Of a stretch of 42,667 nt of DNA, positions 21,100 through 30,573 are shown piece by piece. The position numbers were made by a program, and so were the translations under genes. The notes under the pieces were generated by a model, which worked only from the letters and a program-made list of their open reading frames with translations, searched no databases and had not been told where the DNA came from. The stretch is from a bacterium (GTDB taxonomy: Bacteria; Desulfobacterota; S145-22), in assembly GCA_027073795.1 (NCBI GenBank), contig JALTEW010000453.1, forward strand, positions 1 to 42,667, read 5' to 3'. Each line of letters opens with the position of its first letter. The stretch's first letter is position 1.

Positions 21100-21967
21100 C
21101 ATCTTACACCAGGCCTACGGGGGATTCGCAGAATTCCTTGAAATGATAAAATTTGAGCACACGATTTTCGCCCTTCCCTTTGCCTTTGTAAGCCTCATCA
21201 TGGCCACGAACGGGCACCTTACAGGCCATCTTGTCTTCTGGGTTCTATGCGCTATGGTGGGGGCACGTACCGGCGCCATGGGTTTCAACCGTGTCATTGA
21301 CGCTGAGATCGACCGTCAGAATCCCAGAACCTCCAACCGTGCCATCCCTGCCGGACGGATTTCCCACAGATTCGCTGTTTACATCAGCGTTGCCGCCTTC
21401 GGGCTTCTCGTCATCTCCGCCGCCATGCTTAACACGGCATGCCTCCTTGCAAGTCCCCTGGCCATCGCCGTTCTTATTGGCTACTCCTATACCAAGCGAT
21501 ACACCTCTTACAGCCATCTCGTTCTTGGTCTTGCCATATCTGGCGCCCCCCTTGGGGCCTGGTTGGCCTCGACGGGCACCCTTTCCCTTTCAGCGGTTTT
21601 TCTGGCCGCGGCCGTCCTCTGGTGGATCGCAGGGTTTGACATCCTTTACAGCCTTCAGGATGTTGAATTCGACAAAAGGCATCATCTGTATTCCATCCCC
21701 GCCGTCTTCGGCATCGGCCCCGCCCTCTGGATTGCCCGTTTTCTTCACCTTCTATGCATCCTCTTTCTCGCAAGCCTCACAGTGAGCCTCCACATGGGTC
21801 TTTTTTATATCCTCGGCCTCATCGCTGTCACACTCCTCCTCGCCTATGAGCACAGGCTGGTTTCCCCAAGAGACCTCTCCCACATTACAACCGCCTTCTT
21901 TACAATCAACGGTCTGATTAGTATGATGTTCCTGGCCTTTGTCGCAGCAGACATCTGGCTGAAATAA
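21083..21967 (+). CDS. UbiA-family aromatic prenyltransferase (4-hydroxybenzoate polyprenyltransferase-like)
   Basis: Start set at the internal ATG 21083 (MASIPDILHQ...), which overlaps the decarboxylase gene by 17 nt. It is polytopic, with GFNRVIDAEIDRQNPRT (NxxxDxxxD) and YSLQDVEFD motifs. Confidence 0.88.
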   Translation: MASIPDILHQAYGGFAEFLEMIKFEHTIFALPFAFVSLIMATNGHLTGHLVFWVLCAMVGARTGAMGFNRVIDAEIDRQNPRTSNRAIPAGRISHRFAVYISVAAFGLLVISAAMLNTACLLASPLAIAVLIGYSYTKRYTSYSHLVLGLAISGAPLGAWLASTGTLSLSAVFLAAAVLWWIAGFDILYSLQDVEFDKRHHLYSIPAVFGIGPALWIARFLHLLCILFLASLTVSLHMGLFYILGLIAVTLLLAYEHRLVSPRDLSHITTAFFTINGLISMMFLAFVAADIWLK

Positions 21968-21987
21968 TAGCGAAAAGGAGTCAGAAA

Positions 21988-22929
21988 ATGAAAAAAGGAA
22001 CTATGCTTCTCCTGTGCCTCACGCTGTGCCTTGCCTTTGGCACAAAAGTTTTTGCAAAGCCCGTCAGGGTTGGCGTCCTTCCCATCGTGGACGCCCTTCC
22101 TCTCTACGTGGCCGAAGAAAGGGGATTTTTCAAAAAATTACCGCGACCCGTCACCCTGATCACCTTTCGAAGCGCTGTTGAAAGGGATGCCGCCTTCCAA
22201 ACAAAAAAACTCGATGCCTACTTAGGGGATCTCATTTCGGCAGCCCTGTTAAAAAGCCGCGGTTTTCCCGCCCGGGCAGTTTCGATTGTCCTTGGTAAAA
22301 AGCCGGAAGAAGGCCTCTTTGCCATCCTGTCTAGCCCAACCTCTCAGATTAGAACGCTTAATGACCTCAAAGGGAAACATGTAGCGATTTCATCCAACAC
22401 CATTATCGAGTTTGTCTTGGACGGACTACTGAAGGCTCACGGAATCCCCCAGAAATCGATTGCGAAGCAGGAGATCAAGAGTATTCCCATTCGCTTCCAG
22501 ATGTTGATGAATAACAAAATCGACGCGGCGCTCCTCCCCGACCCCCTAGCCTCCCTCGCACGGGTTAAAGGGGCTCACTGGATTGCGGATGACGGGCACA
22601 CCAACCTCTCTCAAACCGTCTTGATCTGGAATGACAGTTTTATAAAATCCAACAGACCCTTTTTAATAAAGTTTTACGACGCCTACAACAAGGCCGTCGT
22701 TGTCATCAACCACGACCATAATGCAGTTCGGCCGCTTCTTGTAAAAAAATGCCGGCTGCCCAAACCCATCGCCAACTCCTTTAAATTCGCGGACTTTCCC
22801 CTGACCTCCACGCCTTCAAAAGAGGAAGCGTCAGCCGTTCTGAGCTGGCTAGGGAACAAGAAACTGCTTGCAAATCCCATAAAAATCGATGATTTTATCG
22901 CTCGAGAGAACCTTTTCAAGCAACATTGA
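21988..22929 (+). CDS. ABC transporter substrate-binding protein, NMT1/SsuA/TauA-like
   Basis: 313 aa with a signal peptide (MKKGTMLLLCLTLCLAFGTKVFA) and a type-2 periplasmic binding-protein pattern. It is followed by its cognate ATPase and permease. Confidence 0.8.
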   Translation: MKKGTMLLLCLTLCLAFGTKVFAKPVRVGVLPIVDALPLYVAEERGFFKKLPRPVTLITFRSAVERDAAFQTKKLDAYLGDLISAALLKSRGFPARAVSIVLGKKPEEGLFAILSSPTSQIRTLNDLKGKHVAISSNTIIEFVLDGLLKAHGIPQKSIAKQEIKSIPIRFQMLMNNKIDAALLPDPLASLARVKGAHWIADDGHTNLSQTVLIWNDSFIKSNRPFLIKFYDAYNKAVVVINHDHNAVRPLLVKKCRLPKPIANSFKFADFPLTSTPSKEEASAVLSWLGNKKLLANPIKIDDFIARENLFKQH

Positions 22930-22967
22930 TAAACCCTGTGTAAAAAGTCTGAAAAGCGATACCAAAT

Positions 22968-23714
22968 ATGATTCAAGTCAGCAACCTCACGTTTACCTAT
23001 CCGGAAGGTGTCGAGGTTCTAAATGATGTCAGTTTCTCCGTTAAAAAGGGAGAAAGCTGTGCCATTATCGGTCCGTCAGGATGCGGCAAGACCACCCTTC
23101 TTTATCTCATCGCGGGGCTGCTTTCCATCCAGGGGGGAGAGATCCGGGTCAACGGAACAGTCACTCCCCGCGGGAACATCCCCATGATTCTCCAGGATTA
23201 TGGCCTCTTCCCATGGAAAACCGTGTGGGAAAATGTGGCTATGGGATTGGTTCTTAAACACGCCTCACACCGGGACATCAAACATAGGCTCGAACCCATC
23301 CTTGAAGAACTGGGATTGAGCCCTTTCACTTCCTTCTATCCCTCCCAACTCAGCGGCGGCCAGCGCCAGCGTGTCGCCATCGCGCGTGTTCTGGCGATGG
23401 ATCCCTCCCTTATCCTCATGGATGAACCTTTCTCTTCCCTCGACGCGATGACGCGGGAGCACCTTCAGATACTCTTGGCAAGAATATGGGAAACACATCA
23501 TATTACTTTTATTATCGTTACACACAGCATCGAGGAGGCAACCTTCCTTGGGAAAAAGGTCATCGTCCTTTCAGAAAGGCCCGCCTGGATTCAGGCGGTT
23601 GTGGAAAACACCCGCGCGGGAGACCCCACCTTTCGAAGCTCCAAGGAATTTTTTGACACCTCAACAAAACTGAGAAGCATTCTCTTCTCCACGAATCAGG
23701 GCACGCAGGTATGA
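22968..23714 (+). CDS. ABC transporter ATP-binding protein (nitrate/sulfonate/bicarbonate family)
   Basis: Walker [10 protein letters not shown], signature [12 protein letters not shown] and Walker [12 protein letters not shown]. Confidence 0.9.
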   Translation: MIQVSNLTFTYPEGVEVLNDVSFSVKKGESCAIIGPSGCGKTTLLYLIAGLLSIQGGEIRVNGTVTPRGNIPMILQDYGLFPWKTVWENVAMGLVLKHASHRDIKHRLEPILEELGLSPFTSFYPSQLSGGQRQRVAIARVLAMDPSLILMDEPFSSLDAMTREHLQILLARIWETHHITFIIVTHSIEEATFLGKKVIVLSERPAWIQAVVENTRAGDPTFRSSKEFFDTSTKLRSILFSTNQGTQV

Positions 23715-24445
23715 AACGTCAGCATTACCTTGTCGGACTCCTTTCCGCCCTCATCCTGCTAATTGTATGGATCGCCATGTCGGTATGTGTTTCCGGGGGA
23801 ATCATCCCCTCCCCGCTTTCCGTCATCAGGGCCTTTTCACTCCCCTCCTTCGTCCCGAATTTCCTCGTGAGCATGGGGCGTGTTATCACAAGCCTCATCA
23901 TTGCCATCCTGACAGCCGTCCCACTGGGGCTTTTCTTGGGTCAAAACCCCCAATGGGACAAATGGATTGCCCCCATGATCTTCCTCACCTACCCCATTCC
24001 CAAGATAGTTTTTCTCCCCATCTTTTTCATCCTCCTTGGCATCGGAAACATCTCAAAGGTGGTGCTCATTTCCCTTGTCGTCTTCTACCAGATTCTGGTA
24101 ACAACACGGGATGGAGCGCGTTCAGTCAAAAAACCCTTCATCGATGCGCTTGTCACCCTGGGAGGAAACACCCTTGATATCTACCGGCATGTGATCATTC
24201 CCGCTTGTCTCCCCGCTATCCTTACGTCTCTGAGAATCAGTATTGGCACGTCCGTAGCCATTCTCTTTTTCGTGGAATCCTTCGCCACCCGGAATGGTCT
24301 TGGGAACCTTATCCTTGACGCTTGGGGTATGGCGGATTACCCTATGATGTTCGTGGGTGTTATCGGGATGAGCGTGCTTGGCATCCTGCTGTACGAGATT
24401 GTGGAAATTCTTGAAAGAAGGTTGTGTAAATGGGCCCAGTTGTGA
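23711..24445 (+). CDS. ABC transporter permease (SsuC/TauC-like)
   Basis: 244-aa protein with about 6 TM segments and a BPD-transporter EAA-like loop (TTRDGARSVKKPFIDALVTLGG). It has a 4-nt overlap with the ATPase gene. Confidence 0.88.
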   Translation: MKRQHYLVGLLSALILLIVWIAMSVCVSGGIIPSPLSVIRAFSLPSFVPNFLVSMGRVITSLIIAILTAVPLGLFLGQNPQWDKWIAPMIFLTYPIPKIVFLPIFFILLGIGNISKVVLISLVVFYQILVTTRDGARSVKKPFIDALVTLGGNTLDIYRHVIIPACLPAILTSLRISIGTSVAILFFVESFATRNGLGNLILDAWGMADYPMMFVGVIGMSVLGILLYEIVEILERRLCKWAQL

Positions 24446-25782
24446 CCCGCCCATCCCATGCCATCGTCGTAGGGGGAGGCTTGGCTGGTTGCGAGGCCTG
24501 CTGGCATCTTGCCCGCCGAAACACTCCCGTCACACTCATTGAGATGAAACCAGAGGTCTATTCTCCCGCGCACCACTCTCCCCTTCTCGCCGAACTCGTC
24601 TGCAGCAACTCCTTGAAATCCCTCCAGATAAACACGGCAACAGGCGTTTTGAAGAAGGAGCTGATAACCCTGGGTTCTCTGATCATGGAATCCGCCATCC
24701 ATCACGCCGTACCTGCCGGAAACGCCCTAAGCGTCGATCGGGAAAGTTTTTCCACCTTCATCACAGAAAGAATTTCCTCCCATCCACGCATTCAGATCGA
24801 TCATGCAATCATCCATAAATTGCGTGACATAAAGAAACGGCCCACCATTCTGGCAACCGGCCCACTAACCCATCCCGACCTCATTGCCGACCTGCAGCGC
24901 CACACGGGAAGCGATGCCCTCTACTTCTATGATGCCACGTCTCCCATTCTGTATGCCGACTCCATCAACACATCCATCGTTTTCAAGGGTTCACGCTACG
25001 GCAAGGGGGGAGACGACTATCTGAATATCCCCCTGACAAGGGAACAATACGATAACTTCGTCTACAACATCCTTCAGGCTGAAAAGGTTCCCCTGCACCC
25101 ATTTGAATCTGAAACCTATTATGAAGGATGCATGCCCATCGAAGTCCTCGCAGAAAGGGGAAAGGACACCCTTGCCTTCGGTCCCATGAAACCCGTGGGA
25201 CTGAGTAATCCCATGACAGGCAAACGCCCGTATGCCGTCATACAACTAAGGCAAGAAAACCTCTCAGGGAATCTCTTCAGCATGGTAGGTTTTCAAACTA
25301 AGATGACCTTTCGCGATCAGGAACGCATTTTCAGGACCCTTCCCGGCTTGGAGCATGCAGAATTTGCACGTCTCGGAACCATCCACAGGAATTTCTACCT
25401 TAACTCACCACAGGTTCTTACCCCAACACTGGAGCTGAAAGGCATACCCGGAATACACATTGCGGGGCAGATAAGCGGCGTAGAGGGATACCTAGAATCG
25501 ACAGCCATCGGGCTTCTGTGTGCGCTGTTTTGCCTATCCAAGGAACACCCTATCCCCCCTCCCCCCCCTACCACCGTTATGGGGGGGCTCTACAGGCACC
25601 TCACCACCCCGCAGAAAAGGTTCTCCCCCATGGGGGCAAACTGGGGCCTGGTCACCCCCTTGAGGGAGCGTGTGAAACGGAAGGAGAAAAAACAGGCTTT
25701 GGCGACACGCGCCCTCCATGATATAAAACAGTGGAAAGAAGAATTAAAAAAGATCCTTGGGGAAGATGATGATAACCTGTGA
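24430..25782 (+). CDS. trmFO: methylenetetrahydrofolate--tRNA-(uracil54-C5)-methyltransferase TrmFO
   Basis: 450 aa with the FAD fold VVGGGLAGCEA, ELVCSNSLK and GQISGVEGYLES. Confidence 0.9.
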   Translation: MGPVVTRPSHAIVVGGGLAGCEACWHLARRNTPVTLIEMKPEVYSPAHHSPLLAELVCSNSLKSLQINTATGVLKKELITLGSLIMESAIHHAVPAGNALSVDRESFSTFITERISSHPRIQIDHAIIHKLRDIKKRPTILATGPLTHPDLIADLQRHTGSDALYFYDATSPILYADSINTSIVFKGSRYGKGGDDYLNIPLTREQYDNFVYNILQAEKVPLHPFESETYYEGCMPIEVLAERGKDTLAFGPMKPVGLSNPMTGKRPYAVIQLRQENLSGNLFSMVGFQTKMTFRDQERIFRTLPGLEHAEFARLGTIHRNFYLNSPQVLTPTLELKGIPGIHIAGQISGVEGYLESTAIGLLCALFCLSKEHPIPPPPPTTVMGGLYRHLTTPQKRFSPMGANWGLVTPLRERVKRKEKKQALATRALHDIKQWKEELKKILGEDDDNL

Positions 25783-26071
25783 CCGCTGTGGTAAGCTGCT
25801 TCCGCCTGGAAGTTCAAAATACCTGATCATCATTCAGGCAACCGCCGATTTTGACGGCTTTTTCGGTATTGAGGATTTCAAGTACAGTTCAGACCTTCAG
25901 CTCGAAAAGCTGATTCAGGACCTAAAAAACGAACCGGAGGACAAAACAATGAAAGATGTGTTTGAAAAAAAGGCATTGATTCTCTGTCCTTCCTGCAAAA
26001 GGGCCTTTATGGAAAATCCCCTGAAACAAGTAGAAAAAGATACCCAACCCAATGGCCGCTTTCTTCATTAG
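25766..26071 (+). CDS. small zinc-ribbon-like hypothetical protein
   Basis: Two CxxC pairs (CDRCGK ... CPSCKR) about 70 aa apart. The start is ambiguous (TTG 25757 or ATG 25766/25769), and it overlaps the trmFO end. Confidence 0.45.
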   Translation: MMITCDRCGKLLPPGSSKYLIIIQATADFDGFFGIEDFKYSSDLQLEKLIQDLKNEPEDKTMKDVFEKKALILCPSCKRAFMENPLKQVEKDTQPNGRFLH

Positions 26072-26098
26072 AAAGGCCCGACAAAAAACAGACGCCCC

Positions 26099-26932
26099 AT
26101 GACCTACCCCATCCTCCTCGTGCATGGCCTCGCCCGATTCGATTTCTTATGGAACAACCTTCTTGGGATTGACCACTCCCGTTCGCCTTTTTTGGACAGG
26201 CTGCACTACTTCAAAGGCATCCGGACCATGCTGATTCAAAAGGGATATTCCACCACTTGCGCCAGCCTTCCATGGGCTGGCGGGGTTGATAAACGTGGAG
26301 AGGCGCTTAAACGAACAGTCGTCCGTATCCTTCAGAACACGGGAGCATCCAAAGTGAACCTTATCGCACACAGCATGGGGGGGCTGGATGCCCGCCACAT
26401 GCTTTTTAATGATCGAAACAAAGACCGAATTCACAGAAAAATAGCTTCGGTAACCACCATCTCCACACCGCACGAAGGTTCCCCTTTTGCAGATAGGTTC
26501 CTGGAACGTTTAGAGCCCCTGATTAAGCTGCTCAAGGCCTCCTCTCTTGACATCAACGGTTTTGAAGATGTGGGAACACACGCCTGCAAGACCTACAACA
26601 CTCGGAGTGACGTTAGGGAATTCGAGACATCCTGCGAAGGCACCATCCTTTTTCAAACCTACGCTGGGCGACATCCTTACCAAGGCATCTCGTTATTCCA
26701 CAAACATTCTTATACCCTCATCCATAAATTAGAGGGAGACAATGACGGCATGGTATCCGTCAAGTCTGCCAAGTGGCGCGAGCACTATTTCAAGGGAATC
26801 TTGGAAAACACCGAACATTTCAACGAGGTGGGCTGGATGAGCCCAGAACAGATCATCAGAGGACAGAATCCCAGAAAGTTTTTAAAAAGAATTCATGAAT
26901 TCTATGCCGAGCTTGCCAGAAATCTGCCTTGA
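26099..26932 (+). CDS. alpha/beta hydrolase, lipase/esterase-like
   Basis: 277 aa with ILLVHGL near the N-terminus and the nucleophile elbow AHSMGG. Confidence 0.75.
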   Translation: MTYPILLVHGLARFDFLWNNLLGIDHSRSPFLDRLHYFKGIRTMLIQKGYSTTCASLPWAGGVDKRGEALKRTVVRILQNTGASKVNLIAHSMGGLDARHMLFNDRNKDRIHRKIASVTTISTPHEGSPFADRFLERLEPLIKLLKASSLDINGFEDVGTHACKTYNTRSDVREFETSCEGTILFQTYAGRHPYQGISLFHKHSYTLIHKLEGDNDGMVSVKSAKWREHYFKGILENTEHFNEVGWMSPEQIIRGQNPRKFLKRIHEFYAELARNLP

Positions 26933-27086
26933 ATGTATAAGATTAAAGCTTACCTTCCGTCATCAAAAACGATACAATCTTCACACTTCACCCTCTGATC
27001 CCGGTTGCTCAAATACCTATAGCACCCCCCTATTGCTTTCTTGTCCACCTTTCTGTGAAACTGGGAATATGTTATAACCTCTGCCG

Positions 27087-28412
27087 ATGAATGCTGCTGA
27101 AAAAAAACCAATTATTGCAATTGTCGGCCGCCCAAATGTGGGTAAATCAAGCCTGTTTAACCGTCTGATGGGTCACAAAAAGGCGGTGGTAGAAGATATT
27201 CCGGGGGTAACGCGCGACCGTAATTATGGGGAAGCCATCCTTCTTGACATCTGGCCTGTAACGCTTATCGATACCGGAGGATTTGAGCCCGACACAAAAG
27301 AGGTGACGCGGAAACAGGTCCAGGAACAATGCCAGATGGCTATTGAAGAGGCGGATATCCTTTTCTTTGTGGTGGATGGGAAATCGGGTATCCTGCCGGA
27401 TGATCAAGACCTCGCGCGCCTTTTGATCAAGACCCAAAAGCCTGTGTACCTCATGGTCAACAAGATCGATCACACGCGCCAGGAAGACCGAATCTTTGAT
27501 TTCTATCGCCTCGGGTTTGAAAAAATCTTCCCTATATCCGCCCTTCACGGCACGGGTATCCAGGATGCCCTGGAAGATGTGGCTTCCCTGCTGGGAGAAA
27601 TCACTTCAGGGGAAAAACAGGACAAAGGACTTCACCTTGCCATCGTGGGGAAGCCCAACGTGGGAAAATCGTCCCTCGTTAACAGCCTCCTCGGCCAAGA
27701 GCGCGTCATTGTGTCCCACGTGGCGGGAACCACACGAGACGCCATCGACACGCCCCTATCTTATAGGGATCATGTTATCACCCTCATCGACACCGCTGGT
27801 ATCCGACGTAAAAGCCGCATCTCTCACAAGGTAGAACGGTATGCCGTCGTTTCCGCCATTTCGAGTATCGACCGGTGCAACATCGCTGTGCTGGTCATGG
27901 ATGCAACCCAGGGTGCTACAGACCAAGACGCCAAGATTGCCGATCTTATTGTTCAGAAAGGGAAAGGGGCACTTATCGCCCTGAACAAATGGGATCTGGT
28001 AGAAAAAGAAACAAACACCCTCAAGGCATATATCCAAGGAATCTACCGCGACCTTTCCTTCTTCTCTTTCGCCCCTGTTGTTTCCGTTTCAGCCCTTACC
28101 GGAAAAAGGACTTCACACATTCTGGACACAGCCATCGAAATAGCGCAACGTGGGGCAGCAAAGATTTCCACCCCCCGTTTTAATCAGTCTCTGAAGAAAA
28201 TCGCGGAAAATCACCCTCCCGGACGCCACAAGGGGAAGAGAATTAAGATTCTCTATGGCACACAAGTCAGGAATTTCCCCCCCACCTTTCTCCTCTTTTC
28301 TAATGCGCCTGAAGCAATCCCCGAGGCCTATCGGCGGTTCCTGTCCGCACGGTTGCGTGAGGATTTCGATCTCACTGGTCTACCTATTCGTCTTGTCTTC
28401 AAACAGAAATAG
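27087..28412 (+). CDS. der: ribosome biogenesis GTPase Der (EngA)
   Basis: Two tandem GTPase domains (GRPNVGKSS...DTGG and GKPNVGKSS...DTAG...NKWD) plus a KH-like C-terminus. Confidence 0.95.
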   Translation: MNAAEKKPIIAIVGRPNVGKSSLFNRLMGHKKAVVEDIPGVTRDRNYGEAILLDIWPVTLIDTGGFEPDTKEVTRKQVQEQCQMAIEEADILFFVVDGKSGILPDDQDLARLLIKTQKPVYLMVNKIDHTRQEDRIFDFYRLGFEKIFPISALHGTGIQDALEDVASLLGEITSGEKQDKGLHLAIVGKPNVGKSSLVNSLLGQERVIVSHVAGTTRDAIDTPLSYRDHVITLIDTAGIRRKSRISHKVERYAVVSAISSIDRCNIAVLVMDATQGATDQDAKIADLIVQKGKGALIALNKWDLVEKETNTLKAYIQGIYRDLSFFSFAPVVSVSALTGKRTSHILDTAIEIAQRGAAKISTPRFNQSLKKIAENHPPGRHKGKRIKILYGTQVRNFPPTFLLFSNAPEAIPEAYRRFLSARLREDFDLTGLPIRLVFKQK

Positions 28413-28436
28413 GCCTACGCCTCCCTCTAATTCGGC

Positions 28437-29309
28437 TTAACCCACCATCACCTTTTCCCACACTTGCCTCATCAGAGGTGCAACCTCTGGAACATCGGCT
28501 TCAACAATTGTCTTGCCAGCTACCATTGCCTCTATCACACCCCGATGAAACGGAATTTCCCCCACGACTTCAATTCCCTTCTGGAGACAATACGCCTCAA
28601 TCTGTCGGGTATTGGCAAGATGGACATCATATTTGTTAATGCAAACCTGCGCGGGGATATTGAAATGCGCCGCCAAACTCAGCACGCGCTCCATGTCATG
28701 AATCCCTGACAAGGTAGGTTCCGTAATTATCAAGACCTTATTCACTCCAGCAAGGGCTGCCGTTACGGGGCAACCGATACCCGGAGGGCCATCAACAATA
28801 ACCCACGACCGTCCCTGCTTCTTGGCAATATCAACGGCCTCTTTTCGCACCACTGTAACCAATTTTCCGGAATTCTCCTCGGCGATACCGAGTTTCGCAT
28901 GAACCATAGGACCGAAACGCGTGTCTGAAACAAACCAATCTCCGGAATGCGCATCCTCCATTTTAATCACATGTTCAGGACAGGCATGGGCACAAAGTGC
29001 ACAGTGGTCGCAGGCAAATAGGTCCACGACACCATCGTGAATGGCATCAAAACGGCACACGTCGGTACAAACTCCACACCTCGTGCAATTTTCAAGATCG
29101 ACAACTGGATTTCTTCCCCCATAGAATGGAGACGACTTTTGAACTGTGGGGGTCAAAATCAGATGCAGATCCGCGGCGTCCACATCGCAATCGGCCATCA
29201 CCTTATTCTCCGTCAGCTGGGCGAAAGCAGCGGTGAATGTCGTCTTACCTGTTCCCCCTTTCCCACTTATGATAGTAAGCTGCTTGGGATCAGTTTTAGT
29301 TTCTGTCAT
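28437..29309 (-). CDS. MinD/ParA-class P-loop ATPase with an inserted 2x[4Fe-4S] ferredoxin module (orp-type, copy B)
   Basis: Start set at ATG 29309 (MTETKTD...). It has the deviant Walker A SGKGGTGKT and an insert CTRCGVCTDVC ... CDHCALCAHACP. It overlaps the upstream paralogue by 14 nt. Confidence 0.85.
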   Translation of the reverse strand: MTETKTDPKQLTIISGKGGTGKTTFTAAFAQLTENKVMADCDVDAADLHLILTPTVQKSSPFYGGRNPVVDLENCTRCGVCTDVCRFDAIHDGVVDLFACDHCALCAHACPEHVIKMEDAHSGDWFVSDTRFGPMVHAKLGIAEENSGKLVTVVRKEAVDIAKKQGRSWVIVDGPPGIGCPVTAALAGVNKVLIITEPTLSGIHDMERVLSLAAHFNIPAQVCINKYDVHLANTRQIEAYCLQKGIEVVGEIPFHRGVIEAMVAGKTIVEADVPEVAPLMRQVWEKVMVG

Positions 29310-30162
29310 GATGCACCTCCTTTTGAACAACCTCAAACATCTCCAGAAACCTGTCCCTGTACTGCGGAAGGATATCAATAAGGGCCTTACCACCCGCATA
29401 TCCCTGGGCTATTTCCTGCATCAAGGGAATCTCCATAAGAATAGACAAGTTCTCCTCTTGGCAATAAGCATGCACGCTATCGTCACCCGCATCCGCGCGA
29501 TTGATAATGACACCCATGGGAACCCTTAACTCCCTACAAACCCCAACTGCCAGTTTCAGGTCATTGAGGCCGAAGGGCGTGGGTTCCGTCACAAGAATCG
29601 TATAATCGCTTCCCTCCACAGTTTCAATAACAGGGCATGAGGTTCCGGGAGGGGCATCCCGAAGTGTAATAGGAACACCAGTCAATGCCTCCTTCTTCAA
29701 CCTCCTGATAATCGGTGTGGCCATGGGTTCACCGATGTTAAGTAACCCCTGTGAAAACACGATTCCATTCCTCGCGGGGCCATTCCTGATAATCCCAATG
29801 GGTTTTTCAATCTCCGTAATCGCGTCGACTGGACAGATATAGCTACAGGCCCCACATCCATGACAAAGTTCATCGAATACCAAAACCTTGCCACCAATGA
29901 CCACAATGGCCTTAAATTCACACACACGATTACACTCGCCACACGCCGTGCAAACCGATTCGTTGACCCTGGGGACCACCAATCCTGTCGGTATTTCGTT
30001 CTCCCACTGAGGGCTTAGAAAGATATGACCGTTGGGCGCCTCTACATCACAATCAAGGTACTGAACACCCTCGGGAAGAGACAGAGCCAAGGATGTTGCC
30101 ACCAACGTTTTCCCTGTTCCACCCTTCCCACTTGCCACCGTTATGGTTAATGATGTTTTCAT
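29296..30162 (-). CDS. MinD/ParA-class P-loop ATPase with an inserted 2x[4Fe-4S] ferredoxin module (orp-type, copy A)
   Basis: 288 aa with the deviant Walker A SGKGGTGKT and an insert CTACGECNRVC ... CHGCGACSYICP. Confidence 0.85.
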   Translation of the reverse strand: MKTSLTITVASGKGGTGKTLVATSLALSLPEGVQYLDCDVEAPNGHIFLSPQWENEIPTGLVVPRVNESVCTACGECNRVCEFKAIVVIGGKVLVFDELCHGCGACSYICPVDAITEIEKPIGIIRNGPARNGIVFSQGLLNIGEPMATPIIRRLKKEALTGVPITLRDAPPGTSCPVIETVEGSDYTILVTEPTPFGLNDLKLAVGVCRELRVPMGVIINRADAGDDSVHAYCQEENLSILMEIPLMQEIAQGYAGGKALIDILPQYRDRFLEMFEVVQKEVHHDRN

Positions 30163-30218
30163 TTACTTCCCCTTTCTATCCCCTTACCTTCTTTTTATTG
30201 TATGCGAAATAAAGACGG

Positions 30219-30256
30219 ATAAAAAATAGGTGGGGAAGGTAGTAACTCCCCCACCC
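30219..30256 (-). terminator. Rho-independent terminator candidate between the DUF5320-like gene and the MinD-ferredoxin genes
   Basis: The minus-strand RNA reads GGUGGGGGAG-UUACUAC-CUUCCCCACC, a 10-bp GC-rich stem with one G-U pair. It is followed directly by UAUUUUUUAU and starts 15 nt after the DUF5320-like stop codon. Confidence 0.6.
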
Positions 30257-30270
30257 AAGCGTTTAAGGGG

Positions 30271-30549
30271 TTACCAGCGCCAGATACGCCCCCGGCCACC
30301 GCCAAACGCGCGACCCCGGCCACCGCCATAGGGAATTCCCCCACGGCCAACGCCATAAACGGGGCGACCATAACCGGCTATTCCATAATAGGGATAGGGA
30401 ACCGCCCACCCCGTACCATAACCATAAGGCGGATACCAACGTCCGGCACCTACATACGAAACATATCCTGCCGGACGGGCACAATATCCCCGCCCACCGC
30501 CGGTCAGGGGGCCTTCACCCCTCGGCCCTGTACCATCAAATCCTGGCAT
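30271..30549 (-). CDS. DUF5320-like Gly/Tyr/Arg-rich low-complexity protein
   Basis: Start set at ATG 30549, 8 nt after AAGGAGG. The N-terminus MPGFDGTGPRGEGPLTGGGRGYC matches my recollection of the DUF5320 N-terminal motif. The remainder is GYG/RGG-type low complexity and ends in GRIWRW. Confidence 0.75.
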   Translation of the reverse strand: MPGFDGTGPRGEGPLTGGGRGYCARPAGYVSYVGAGRWYPPYGYGTGWAVPYPYYGIAGYGRPVYGVGRGGIPYGGGRGRAFGGGRGRIWRW

Positions 30550-30573
30550 GGCACACACCTCCTTTCACCCGTT

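Noticed and set aside
20467-21102. 211-aa ORF antisense to the UbiD-family gene
   Set aside because: It is a shadow of a well-supported gene, with no start signals or motifs.
21231-21785. 184-aa Pro/Ser-rich ORF in an alternative frame of the UbiA-family gene
   Set aside because: It is on the same strand but out of frame with a polytopic prenyltransferase that carries the diagnostic Asp-rich motifs. Its low-complexity composition is typical of off-frame translation of a membrane-protein gene.
22038-22056. Sigma54-like TGGCAC...TTGCA element
   Set aside because: The GG-to-GC spacing is 3 nt longer than the canonical -24/-12 arrangement. The site also lies inside the signal-peptide coding part of the ABC binding-protein gene.
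25554-25588. C6-T-C8 and G7 homopolymer runs in trmFO as a phase-variation switch
   Set aside because: The runs encode a Pro-rich linker (PIPPPPPTTVMGG) in frame within an otherwise intact housekeeping gene. There is no evidence of frameshifting. It is worth remembering only as a sequencing-error hotspot.
26895-27077. 60-aa ORF between the lipase-like gene and der
   Set aside because: It overlaps the 3' end of the lipase-like gene and has no RBS or conserved-looking features. The region more likely holds the der promoter.
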